Source: an uncultured Chloroflexia bacterium
GTDB lineage: Bacteria; Chloroflexota; Chloroflexia; Thermomicrobiales; UBA6265
Direction: 5' to 3'
Length of the DNA: 64,000 nt
NCBI GenBank assembly: GCA_963724285.1
Contig: CAVRUD010000018.1
Location: 37,173 to 101,172 of the forward strand
Below, piece by piece: positions 18,334 to 27,439 of the stretch. The translations under genes were made by a program, and so were the position numbers. The notes beneath the pieces are model-generated. The model had not been told where the DNA came from. It did not search any database and saw only the letters and a program-made list of their open reading frames with translations. The first letter of the stretch is position 1; each line of letters starts with the position of its first letter.

Positions 18334-19776
18334 ATGTCCACCGCATCCGGGACAACCATCCTCACCGCCCTGCCGGCTCCCCAGGCCGAGATCGTCGCCC
18401 GGCTGGCGCCTGTCTTCGCCGCTGCCGGGGAAGAGCTCTACCTGGTCGGCGGCGTCGTGCGCGATGCCCTCCTTGCGGACCGCCCCGCGCCGACCGACCT
18501 CGACTTCGCCACCTCCGCCGCCCCGGAGACCACCGAACGCCTCGGGTTGGACGCGGGCGCGGACGGGTCCTACCTCGTCGGGCAGCAATTCGGCACCGTC
18601 GGGCTTGTCTTCGGCGACGACGCCGACCGGATCCTGGTCGAGATCACCACCTACCGGACGGAGCACTACCCGGACGCCAGCCGCAAGCCCGCCGTCAAAC
18701 TTGGTGGCACCCTGGTGGACGATCTCGCCCGCCGCGATTTCACCGTCAACGCGATGGCCGCCGATGCCGGCACCGGCGAACTGGTCGACCCCTTCGGCGG
18801 CCAGGCCGATCTCTACCTGGCCGTCCTCCGCGCCGTCGGAGATCCCGACGAGCGCTTCCAGGAGGATCCCCTCCGGCTGCTGCGGGCGGCCCGGTTCGTC
18901 TCCCAGCTCGGCTTCCGAGTTGACCCCGCCACCGAAGCCGCCATGGCGCGCAACGCCGGCAGCCTGACGCGCATCTCCCAGGAGCGTATCCTGGCCGAGC
19001 TCACCCGGCTCCTCGTCGGACCATACGCCGATTACGGCCTGGAGGCCCTCGCCGAAACCGGCCTCCTCGCCGTCGCCTTGCCGGAACTCGTCGGGCTGGC
19101 CCAATCCACGGCCGACCAGGACCGGCGGATCCACCGCGAGAAGGATCTCTGGGCCCACACGAAGGCGGTCGTCGTCCAGGCACCGGCCCGGCCCCATGTC
19201 CGCTGGGCTGCCCTCCTCCACGATGCCGCCAAGCCGCAGACCCGTACCGTCGACGCCGCCGGCGAGGTCCATTTCTTCGGCCACGAAGCGGCCGGGGCCG
19301 GGCTTGCCCGCCGCATCCTCCGTCGCCTCAAAGCAGACAGGACGACCGAGACCGCCGTCGCCCGCCTGGTTGAGCTCCACGGCCGCCCGGAATCCTACGA
19401 ATCGGACTGGACCGATAGCGCCGTCCGCCGCCTTGCCCTCGAAGCCGGGGAAATCCTCCCCGACCTTCTCGACCTGGCCGCCGCCGACGTCACCTCCGGC
19501 CGCGAGCTCAAGCGCCAGATCGCCGCCGCCCGCGTCGATGCCCTGCGCAAGCACCTCGCCCGCCTCGAAGCGGAGCGCGCCTTCGCCGAGTTTAGAAGCC
19601 CCCTCGACGGCGACGCCCTGATGGCCATGTTCGGCCGCCCCCCTGGCCGCTGGATAGCAGTCGTCAAAGACTACCTCCGCGAACTCGTCCTCGACGGCGC
19701 CCTCGCCCCCGACGACACCGCCCGCGCCGCCGAAATCGCCCGCGACCTGCTTGAGTCCGGCAGCGCTCAGACCTAA
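18334..19776 (+). CDS. cca: CCA-adding enzyme / poly(A) polymerase-family nucleotidyltransferase with HD domain
   Basis: The ATG at 18334 lies within ORF 18037..19776. Motifs present include LVGGVVRDALL, DLDF, RRDFTVNAMA, ERFQEDPLRLLRAARF and the HD region WAALLHDAAKP. Confidence 0.7.
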   Translation: MSTASGTTILTALPAPQAEIVARLAPVFAAAGEELYLVGGVVRDALLADRPAPTDLDFATSAAPETTERLGLDAGADGSYLVGQQFGTVGLVFGDDADRILVEITTYRTEHYPDASRKPAVKLGGTLVDDLARRDFTVNAMAADAGTGELVDPFGGQADLYLAVLRAVGDPDERFQEDPLRLLRAARFVSQLGFRVDPATEAAMARNAGSLTRISQERILAELTRLLVGPYADYGLEALAETGLLAVALPELVGLAQSTADQDRRIHREKDLWAHTKAVVVQAPARPHVRWAALLHDAAKPQTRTVDAAGEVHFFGHEAAGAGLARRILRRLKADRTTETAVARLVELHGRPESYESDWTDSAVRRLALEAGEILPDLLDLAAADVTSGRELKRQIAAARVDALRKHLARLEAERAFAEFRSPLDGDALMAMFGRPPGRWIAVVKDYLRELVLDGALAPDDTARAAEIARDLLESGSAQT

Positions 19777-19812
19777 CGTGAAACCCCAATCAACGGTCTC
19801 GGAGCAGGTTGG

Positions 19813-20148
19813 ATGCCTCAGACGTTCTACCGCATCGTCAGGAGCGCGAGGCCGAGTCGGGAAGACTTCATGTCGAACGCGGCACTTGGCCGGAAGCCGA
19901 CCAGAACACTCACAGCCGATCAGCAAGATCGTTGGGCGGGACTCTCGGAATTCGATGCTCGGCATCATGCCCAACGTCAAGCTCGCGACCGGCCTTTTCT
20001 TGGCGTCTATATCGCGGAGCTCTCGATCGGCGACGATATTCCAGCCAGGTGGCAGCGAACGAGCCCGCGCAATCCGGGCCACTACACCAGCTGGGCGGAG
20101 GCTGCCGACCTCGTGGCGTGCGTAGCTCGCGTTGATCCTGTAGATTGA
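19813..20148 (+). CDS. Hypothetical protein (first gene of a small two-gene module)
   Basis: A 111-aa ORF, MPQTFYRIVRSARPSREDFMSNAALGRKP...PFLGVYIAELSIGDD...GHYTSW, in a stretch visibly lower in GC than its neighbours. No family name recalled. Confidence 0.5.
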   Translation: MPQTFYRIVRSARPSREDFMSNAALGRKPTRTLTADQQDRWAGLSEFDARHHAQRQARDRPFLGVYIAELSIGDDIPARWQRTSPRNPGHYTSWAEAADLVACVARVDPVD

Positions 20149-20186
20149 GTTTGTCACCATCAATGCGATGGCGTGAGGAGACCAAG

Positions 20187-20444
20187 ATGGATGGTACGTT
20201 CGATCTTTGGGACATCGAATCCGGAAACATGATCGGTACGTTTGAATCGGAATCCGAGGCATTGGCGATCGTCCGCGATCTCGTTGCCGCCAATGGCACC
20301 GGCTACGCCGATGCACTTGATCTCGGTTGGATCGACTCCTCCGGTCATTCCCGCTCGATCGCAACCGGCTCGGCCCTGCTCGCACGCGCCCACGCGCCCG
20401 AGTCAGCCCTCTCGCGGCCGGACCGCGGTCGAGGGATCGCATAG
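20187..20444 (+). CDS. Hypothetical small acidic protein (second gene of the module)
   Basis: The ATG at 20187 follows GAGGAG and opens MDGTFDLWDIESGNMIGTFESESEALAIVRDLVAANG. It lies 39 nt after the stop of the upstream ORF. Confidence 0.5.
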   Translation: MDGTFDLWDIESGNMIGTFESESEALAIVRDLVAANGTGYADALDLGWIDSSGHSRSIATGSALLARAHAPESALSRPDRGRGIA

Positions 20445-20590
20445 CGCGATCACTATGATTGCCGGGCGACGTGGAACCGGCCCCAACTCCGGCCCCCCTG
20501 CCCATTCCTCCCTACCCCCAGACAGCCCCTCTCTCCTATTCTGAACGTGACACGACTCGCCGCTGCCCTCGCAGTCCGTCTAGGATATCC

Positions 20591-21829
20591 ATGGCCCAGG
20601 CATCAGACCATCTATCATCTTCACCGCCAGCCCCGGCCCCGAAACAACCAGCGAATCCGGTCACAGAGAAGCGGACCATGCCCTGGCCCGCCATCATCAT
20701 CGCCGCCGTCACCCTCATCCCCGCCTTTTTCGGTGCCATCTACCAGATCAACAACAACAACTCGGACAACGGCAGCACGGACGCCGTTGGCCTCGTCGCC
20801 TGGCGCTACACCGGCGTCAAGCAGGCCGTCACCGCCCCCCCCGCCCTCTCCACCGCCGGCGACATCGTCTACATGGCCCCGGCCGAAGGGGAAGGCATCG
20901 TCGCCGTCGATACGGAGACCAACCGCCTGCGCTGGGCGGCCCCGCTCGGCGGCGCCTCCGCCGGTCCAGTCGTCGCCGGCGATCTCGTCTACGTCGCCAA
21001 CCTGACCGGCATCCTCTTCGCGGTCGATCCCCTCAGCGGCGTCGAGCGCTGGCGCGCCACGGCCGGCGGCACCTACGAGGCCGCCCCGGCGATCGTCGAC
21101 GGCACCCTCTACATCGGCAACCGCGACAGCCACCTCTACGCCCTCGACGCCGCCACCGGCCAGGAGCGCTGGCGGGTCGACATGGGCGACTGGGTCGACA
21201 CCACCCCGGCGGTCGCCAACGGCATCGTCTACGTCGCTAACCACGCCGGCACCCTCTTCGCCCTCGACGCGTCCACCGGTCAGGAGCGCTGGCGCCTGAG
21301 CCTCGGGCCCGCCGGGGCCGTCCACTCGCCGTCGGCCTCAGCCAACCTCGGCATCGTCGCCGCCGTCGGCGCCGACGGCGTCCTGCGCATCGTCGACGCC
21401 GCCACCGGCGAGGAGCGGTGGACCTACGGCCCCGATCCCGCTTCCGGGGACAACGAGAGCGAGACCGCCGCCCGGAGCATGGCGGGCTCGCCGGTCATCG
21501 CCCATGGCCTCGTCTTCGCCGGCACCGCCGACGCCCGCCTGCTCGCCCTCGACGCCGCCACCGGTGAGGAGCGCTGGCACAGCGTCGGCAGCACCCTCTC
21601 GCCCGGCTACGCTCCCGTGGTCTCCGGCGACACCGTCTACACGCTCCACGCCGAAACCGGCCTCTTCGCCTTCGCCGCCGCCGACGGCGCCCCCCGCTGG
21701 ATCTTCGAGGCCGAAACCCTGGGCGAGTCCCTTTCCCCCCTCACCGTCGACCCGGCCAGCGGCTTCGTCTACCTCGGTTCCGACCGGGGCATCCTGCGCG
21801 CGATCGAGCCGCCTACCCTCGACTCGTAG
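20591..21829 (+). CDS. Membrane-anchored PQQ-like beta-propeller repeat protein
   Basis: The ATG at 20591 lies within ORF 20459..21829. It has an N-terminal TM segment (WPAIIIAAVTLIPAFFGAIY) followed by repeated G.L(Y/F)A(L/V)DA.TG.ERW blades. Confidence 0.75.
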   Translation: MAQASDHLSSSPPAPAPKQPANPVTEKRTMPWPAIIIAAVTLIPAFFGAIYQINNNNSDNGSTDAVGLVAWRYTGVKQAVTAPPALSTAGDIVYMAPAEGEGIVAVDTETNRLRWAAPLGGASAGPVVAGDLVYVANLTGILFAVDPLSGVERWRATAGGTYEAAPAIVDGTLYIGNRDSHLYALDAATGQERWRVDMGDWVDTTPAVANGIVYVANHAGTLFALDASTGQERWRLSLGPAGAVHSPSASANLGIVAAVGADGVLRIVDAATGEERWTYGPDPASGDNESETAARSMAGSPVIAHGLVFAGTADARLLALDAATGEERWHSVGSTLSPGYAPVVSGDTVYTLHAETGLFAFAAADGAPRWIFEAETLGESLSPLTVDPASGFVYLGSDRGILRAIEPPTLDS

Positions 21830-21956
21830 CACCGGTCACATCGCCAAATCGAGACCGCCGCTTCTCGTCCGCCGCGTGCCCAGGGTTGACGCCCGTCCCG
21901 CGGCTCGCCATCATGGGTGCACACGATTGCCGCAGCAATGAGAGCGGGTGAACCGC

Positions 21957-24401
21957 ATGTGCACTCCTCGCGACCCGTTTCCGAACGGGACTGTCGAGGG
22001 GCGGATCGCGCCCCTCGACAACCTTCCCCTGTCGCTCACCTCGTTCATCGGCCGGGAGCGCGAACTTGCGGACCTGCGCGACGCCGTTCTGGCCGATGTC
22101 ATCCGGCTCGTCACGCTGATCGGGCCGGGCGGCGTCGGGAAGACCCGCCTTGCGATCCGCGTCGCCCATGACATCCGGCCTTCCTTCCCGGACGGAATCT
22201 GGTTTGTCGCGCTCGCCGCCGTCCGCGACCCCGCCCTCGTCGTCAGCAGCGTCGCCTCGGCGCTCGGCGTACGAGAGGTTGAAGGTCTGTCCATCGAAGA
22301 CCGCATCGTCGCCCACCTTCGCGGACGGCGATCCCTGCTGATCCTCGACAACTTCGAGCAGGTCCTCGATGCCGGCCCGCTCGTGACCGATTTGCTCGCC
22401 GCCTGCCCACGGCTCAAGGTCCTCGTCACCAGCCGCTCGACCCTCCGTCTCTCCGGCGAGCACGCCCTTGCCATCCCGCCATTGACCCTCCCCGAATCCG
22501 ATCCCGTCCGACCTGCGCCGCTGGATCTCCTGCGCGATTCTGAGGCGGTGCGGCTGTTCGTCGAGCGCGCTGCGGCGGCACGGTCCGGCTTCGCGCTCAC
22601 TCCCGCCAACGGCGAAACCGTCGCGGCCATCTGCCGCCGCCTCGACGGCCTCCCCCTGGCCATCGAGCTGGCTGCCGCTCGGATCGCGGCCTTCTCTCCG
22701 GCCCTCCTCCTCCAGCGCCTGGAGGAACGATTGCCACTCTTGAGCGATGGTCCGCGCGACCAACCACCCCGCCTCCGCTCGATGCATGATGCGATCGCCT
22801 GGTCCTACGACCTCCTCGATCCCGCTGAACAAACCCTCTTCCGCCACCTCTCCGTCTTCTCCGGCGGTTTCACCCTCGACGCCGCCGAATCCGTGGCAGG
22901 GGAGGAGGGACGGAGCAGAGGAGGAGGGATCGTGTCCTCCCTCGTCGGCAAGAGCCTCCTGACACCACGGGAAACCCCCTACGGTGAGACCCGCTACGCG
23001 ATGCTTGAGACCGTCCGCGAGTTCGCCGCGGCCCGGCTGGCGGCGCACGGCGAGCGCGATGCCGCGCGACAGCGCCACGCGGCCTACTTCCTGGCGCTCG
23101 CCGAACGGTCAGAGCCGATCCGGTATTTCCCGGACGGCGAGCGCGTCAGGGCCCGGCTGGATGCCGAGCACGCCAACCTCCGGGCTGTCCTCACGCGGTT
23201 CCACGAGCAGAACGACGCCGAACGCCTGCTACGGCTCGCGTCCGCACTCTCCCCGTGGTCATTGATACGCGGGCACCTGCGTGAGTGCAGGGACTGGCTC
23301 GAACGGGCAGTCGCCGTCGGGCGCGCCGCGAAGCCGGAATCGCTTGCCAAAGGCCTCATCAACTTAGGGATCACGGTCCATATGGCGGGCGACGAGCAAC
23401 GGGCACTCGAACTCCTCACGGAAGGCCGCTCTCTCCTGCACCCAGCCAGCGATCCTTACGTCACCTTCTGTGGCCTGACCTCAGCCGGGCTGATTACCCT
23501 CAGACTCAACGACCTGGACGGAGCCGCAGCCTACCAGGAAGCGGCGTTGGCCCTGATTCCCCGCCTGGGGCAGCACCTGTGGGTTGAGCTCGCCGCCAGT
23601 ACGGTTCTCGGGCACCTCGGCAACATTGCCGTCGCCCGCGGCGACATCGACCAGGCAGAGGCCCACTTCAACGCGGCCCTCGACCGGCAACGCGCCCTTG
23701 GGTTCGCCCCCGGCACCAGCCATCCTTTTGCCAGCCATCCCATCGCCGGCCTCGGCGACGTCGCACGCGCCCGCGGCGACCACGCCGCCGCCCTCGCCAC
23801 CTACCAGAATGCCCTAACCCACGCCCACCACTTCCGCGACACACGCGCCACCGTCTACGCGCTCGGCGGAATCGCCGGCGCCCTCGCCGCCGCCGGCAGT
23901 TGGAAACAGGCGGCCCAACTCTTCGGCGCGTCGGAGGCGCTGCACGAGACGGCCGGCATCCACTTCGACCTGGAGACCATGGACCGTCAGCGCGCCCTTG
24001 GCCTCCCAGAGCCCTGGCAACGAGCGAACGACCCCTTCGGTGCTGGCCAACCGCTGCGGGATGCCCTGGACAACCGCCGGACTGCCGTGCTTCACCACGT
24101 TCCCGACCCCGAGACTGCCGCCCGCCTCTGGACTGAAGGCCGCGCCCTGCCCCTCGACGACGCGATCACCATCGCCATCGCAGCCCAAGGAGGCCGCCCT
24201 TCAGCGACCGCCGGGCTCACGACGAGAGAGCAAGACGTGCTGCGCCTCCTGGCCGCCGGCAAGTCGAACCAGCAGATCGGCGCCGCGCTGTTCATCAGTC
24301 CGCGCACCGCCCAGGCCCACGTCACCAGCATCCTCGCCAAACTCGGCGCCGCCTCCCGCACCGAGGCCGCCGCCGTCGCCCACCGCCTCAATCTCACCTA
24401 G
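21957..24401 (+). CDS. STAND/NB-ARC-like ATPase + TPR + LuxR HTH regulator
   Basis: Uninterrupted ORF 21948..24401. It contains FIGRERELADL, a P-loop (GPGGVGKTRLA), LLILDNFEQV, a TPR-like region, and the C-terminal HTH LTTREQDVLRLLAAGKSNQQIGAALFISPRTAQAHVTSILAKLG. Confidence 0.85.
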   Translation: MCTPRDPFPNGTVEGRIAPLDNLPLSLTSFIGRERELADLRDAVLADVIRLVTLIGPGGVGKTRLAIRVAHDIRPSFPDGIWFVALAAVRDPALVVSSVASALGVREVEGLSIEDRIVAHLRGRRSLLILDNFEQVLDAGPLVTDLLAACPRLKVLVTSRSTLRLSGEHALAIPPLTLPESDPVRPAPLDLLRDSEAVRLFVERAAAARSGFALTPANGETVAAICRRLDGLPLAIELAAARIAAFSPALLLQRLEERLPLLSDGPRDQPPRLRSMHDAIAWSYDLLDPAEQTLFRHLSVFSGGFTLDAAESVAGEEGRSRGGGIVSSLVGKSLLTPRETPYGETRYAMLETVREFAAARLAAHGERDAARQRHAAYFLALAERSEPIRYFPDGERVRARLDAEHANLRAVLTRFHEQNDAERLLRLASALSPWSLIRGHLRECRDWLERAVAVGRAAKPESLAKGLINLGITVHMAGDEQRALELLTEGRSLLHPASDPYVTFCGLTSAGLITLRLNDLDGAAAYQEAALALIPRLGQHLWVELAASTVLGHLGNIAVARGDIDQAEAHFNAALDRQRALGFAPGTSHPFASHPIAGLGDVARARGDHAAALATYQNALTHAHHFRDTRATVYALGGIAGALAAAGSWKQAAQLFGASEALHETAGIHFDLETMDRQRALGLPEPWQRANDPFGAGQPLRDALDNRRTAVLHHVPDPETAARLWTEGRALPLDDAITIAIAAQGGRPSATAGLTTREQDVLRLLAAGKSNQQIGAALFISPRTAQAHVTSILAKLGAASRTEAAAVAHRLNLT

Positions 24402-24435
24402 CCTGGATATTCACGGGTACCGCGTGGGAACGGCG

Positions 24436-24657
24436 GCGCCGTCCCGGCGTCGCTCGGGGCCGATGCGGAGCGCCGCGTTGGCTCCGCCCGGGGTCTTCAG
24501 CCCCGGGCTGACCCCGATAACCCCCCTGAAGGGGGCTGCCACTCCGGGGCTTCGACCGGATTTCTCCGCCTCTGGCGCGAATGGTCCAGCCGGTCTTTAG
24601 CCGGCTTATCAGGGTCAGCCCGGGGTCTTTAGCCCCGGGCGACGCCCAGACGGCGTC
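24436..24657. repeat. Family A composite palindromic element, full copy
   Basis: Hairpins cccggggtcttcagccccggg and cccggggtctttagccccggg flank the inverted arms ctgaccccgataa and ttatcagggtcag. Inner hairpins are cccccctgaaggggg and agccggtctttagccggct. The outer arms are gccgtcccggcgtcgc and gcgacgcccagacggc. Confidence 0.75.
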
Positions 24658-24888
24658 ATGGATGCCACGGCGCCCATGAATAATCCGGGCTAGGCGAACC
24701 TCAGGTCTACCCGTGTGTGGCCTACGTGCTTTCGCGTAGACCCCCTCAGAGCATGCGTCCCAAATCGGGTGGTTTCGCTGATGTCCTCCGCCATCGTCAC
24801 GCGCAGGATCGGTCCATGCCGGTAGGGATCAAAGCTCGCCCGCCGGCACATCTGTCCAAGAGGAGCACCCAAACGGAGAAATGGCCTC

Positions 24889-26109
24889 ATGCGCCGTCCC
24901 ATCGCTCCAATCGCCTGCGTTCTCGCCATCCTCACCGGCGCCTGGATTGGCCAGGCGTATGCGCTCTTCGCTCCGCTCGATCCCATCGCCGCCGAACCTG
25001 ACAACACCGGCGCGGAAGCCGCCGTCTGGCGCTTCTACGACGCGGTCGACACCATGCTGCGCATCGGCGACGAGGCCCCCCTGCGCGATGCGATCGCCCC
25101 GGACTTCGTCGACCACTCCGCCCGGCCCGGCCTCTCCCCCACCCGCGACGGCCTCCTGGCCTATCTCGCCTCCCTGCGCCAGACCCACCCCGGTCTCAGC
25201 CTGGCGCCCCGTGATCTCATCATCGAGGGCGAACGCGTCGTCGCCTGGATTGACCTCGCCGGGAACACCAGCGGAGCATTCCTCGGAATGCCCCTCGCCG
25301 AGTCGCCACCGTGGCCGTCTGTCGACCATTTCCGCATCGAAGCGGGCCGCATCGCCGAGCATTGGGATGACGCGCACGGGCGCGCGGCAACGGAACTCCT
25401 CGTATCCACCTCGCTGACGGTGCCTGCGGAGCAGGACCTGATCCCCTCCCTCGAAAGCGTCACCCTCGCTCCTGGCGCCACCGATCGCCCACGATACTGG
25501 CAGGGACCAGCCGTCATGCTGGTCGAAATCGGATCCGTCGACGTGGCGATGGATAACGTCGAGACTGCCCTCTCGCCCGGCGAAGTCCTCACCGTCGCAG
25601 TGGGAACCGCCGTCACCATGCGCAATAGGACGGCCTCGCCGGCGACCGTCCTGGTCGCGCGACTGGATGCACCCAGATGGCCGGCGGCGATCGGAGAGCC
25701 CGAGGCAGCCCCGGAGACGCCGTCCACCGGCGTCACCATCGTGCCGCTCGCGGTTGGCGCGCGCACGATCACGGGGTCAGGACCGCACTCGGTCGCAATC
25801 GGCCGCGTCACCCTGGAGCCGGGCGCGGCATTTGCACCGCATCGAACGACGGGCGCAGAGTTGCTGGTGGTGGACACAGGCACGCTGACGGTAACCCTCA
25901 CCGGCGAGGCAAGCCGAGCCTGGATCCAATCCCCCGGCCAGGGCATGACCAGCGCCGACGGCCTGGAACAGCTTGCGCCGGATGCCGGAATCTCGATCTC
26001 TCCGGGCGCGACGGCCAGCTATGGCAACGATGGCACTTCGGCGCTCTCGCTCCTTGTCGTCACCATCAATCCCGGCACTGGCAGTGATCCCTCTGCGGCG
26101 TCCGCATAA
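24889..26109 (+). CDS. Secreted protein with an N-terminal SnoaL-like (ester cyclase type) region and a beta-rich, possibly cupin-like C-terminal part
   Basis: The signal peptide is MRRPIAPIACVLAILTGAWIGQAYA. WRFYDAVDTML...DFVDHS...VVAWIDLAG...DHFRIEAGRIAEHWD fits the SnoaL-like pattern. The rest is unassigned. Confidence 0.55.
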   Translation: MRRPIAPIACVLAILTGAWIGQAYALFAPLDPIAAEPDNTGAEAAVWRFYDAVDTMLRIGDEAPLRDAIAPDFVDHSARPGLSPTRDGLLAYLASLRQTHPGLSLAPRDLIIEGERVVAWIDLAGNTSGAFLGMPLAESPPWPSVDHFRIEAGRIAEHWDDAHGRAATELLVSTSLTVPAEQDLIPSLESVTLAPGATDRPRYWQGPAVMLVEIGSVDVAMDNVETALSPGEVLTVAVGTAVTMRNRTASPATVLVARLDAPRWPAAIGEPEAAPETPSTGVTIVPLAVGARTITGSGPHSVAIGRVTLEPGAAFAPHRTTGAELLVVDTGTLTVTLTGEASRAWIQSPGQGMTSADGLEQLAPDAGISISPGATASYGNDGTSALSLLVVTINPGTGSDPSAASA

Positions 26110-26180
26110 TCGTGGCAGCGATCCGAGCGTCCCCGACAACCTCATCTGCCACCGCCTGAACACCCTGGTGTTTTCTGGCA

Positions 26181-26613
26181 ATGTCGACGAAATCCTTGCA
26201 CGCCGAATTCACGAGCGTTCCCCATGTGCGGACGCCGCTTGTCGGCCGCGGCGCCGAGGTGGCGGCTGTCCTCGCCCTCCTGGCCCGGGACGAGGTCCCC
26301 CTCGTCACGCTCCTCGGTCCGGGCGGCGTGGGCAAGACCCGCCTCGCCCTCGCGGTCGCCAGCGCCGCGGAACCGGCCTTCCCGGACGGGATCGCCGTCG
26401 TCTCCCTGGCGCCGATCACGGACCCCGACCTGGTCCTGGCCGCAATCGCCCGCGCATTCGGCGTCGTGGAGCGCGGGAGTCTCTCCCTCATCGCCCAACT
26501 GATCGCCTTGCTCGGCGATCGGCGCCAACCACGTCGCCAACATCCTCGCCAAGCTCGGCGTCCCCTCCCGTGCCGCCGCCGCCGCCTTCGCCGTCCGCCA
26601 CGGCATCGCCTAG
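26181..26613 (+). pseudogene. LuxR-family STAND regulator remnant with a large internal deletion
   Basis: The N-terminus (LVGRGAEVAAVLALLARDEVPLVTLLGPGGVGKTRLALAVA...) is paralogous to the 21957..24401 protein. At about 26520 it joins, out of frame, directly to the extreme C-terminal HTH tail ANHVANILAKLGVPSRAAAAAFAVRHGIA, ending at the TAG at 26611. Confidence 0.7.
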
Positions 26614-26707
26614 GGCTCCTTTGGACTGATTCACTCCGAACGCGCACGCGGCTGATCGGACGTGCGCCGACGACGACATCGCTCCGCACGCCGAACGCCG
26701 AACGCCG

Positions 26708-27187
26708 CTACGTCCCGGCATACGCCCGTTGCAACTCGGCCACGTCGAGCTTGCTCATCTTCAGCATCGCCTGCACCGCCCGCTGCGCCCCCTCCGGATC
26801 GGGTCCGCCGATGCACTCGTGCAGGGCGCGGGGCACGACCTGCCACGACAGCCCGAACTTGTCCTTCAGCCAGCCGCAGGGACCCGGCTCTCCCCCGTCT
26901 GCGGTCAGCGCCTCCCAGTAGTAGTCCACCTCGGCCTGATCGGCGCAGTCGATCACGAACGAAACCGCGTCGGTGAACGAGTGACCCGGTCCGCCGTTCA
27001 GGGCCACGAACTCCTGCCCGTTGAGCTTGAACGAGACCGTCATCACCGGTGCCGGTTCGCCGGCACTGCCCTCGCCCATGCGGTTGACCGAGAGGACCTC
27101 GGAATCCTTGAAGACCGACACGTACAGGTTCATCGCCTCTTCGGCCTGGTTGTCGAACCACAGAAACGGGGTGACCTTCTGGCCCAT
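26708..27187 (-). CDS. VOC/glyoxalase-superfamily protein (PhnB/YjdN-like, 3-demethylubiquinone-9 3-methyltransferase domain)
   Basis: MGQKVTPFLWFDNQAEEAMNLYVSVFKDSEV...FKLNGQEFVALNGGP...DYYWEAL...CGWLKDKFGLSWQVVP, which I recognise as characteristic of this family. Confidence 0.85.
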   Translation of the reverse strand: MGQKVTPFLWFDNQAEEAMNLYVSVFKDSEVLSVNRMGEGSAGEPAPVMTVSFKLNGQEFVALNGGPGHSFTDAVSFVIDCADQAEVDYYWEALTADGGEPGPCGWLKDKFGLSWQVVPRALHECIGGPDPEGAQRAVQAMLKMSKLDVAELQRAYAGT

Positions 27188-27439
27188 CGTGTCCTCACCT
27201 TTCCATTCTCAGTATCTGAGCAGAATGCATCGTCCGGCCCAACACCGGAGCATTCCACCTTCTAGTCGAACGAGACTCGCCCGGATCGACAATCCACATC
27301 AATGTCCGGGGGCTGGCCGCTTCGCGGCGTCGCGCAGACGGACGGGCCATCCGTATACTTGCGCCCCGGGTCCCGCCACAACCGTTGGTCGCCCCGCCGT
27401 CCTGCCTCCCGACCGTCGGTCCGACCACACAGGCCAACC

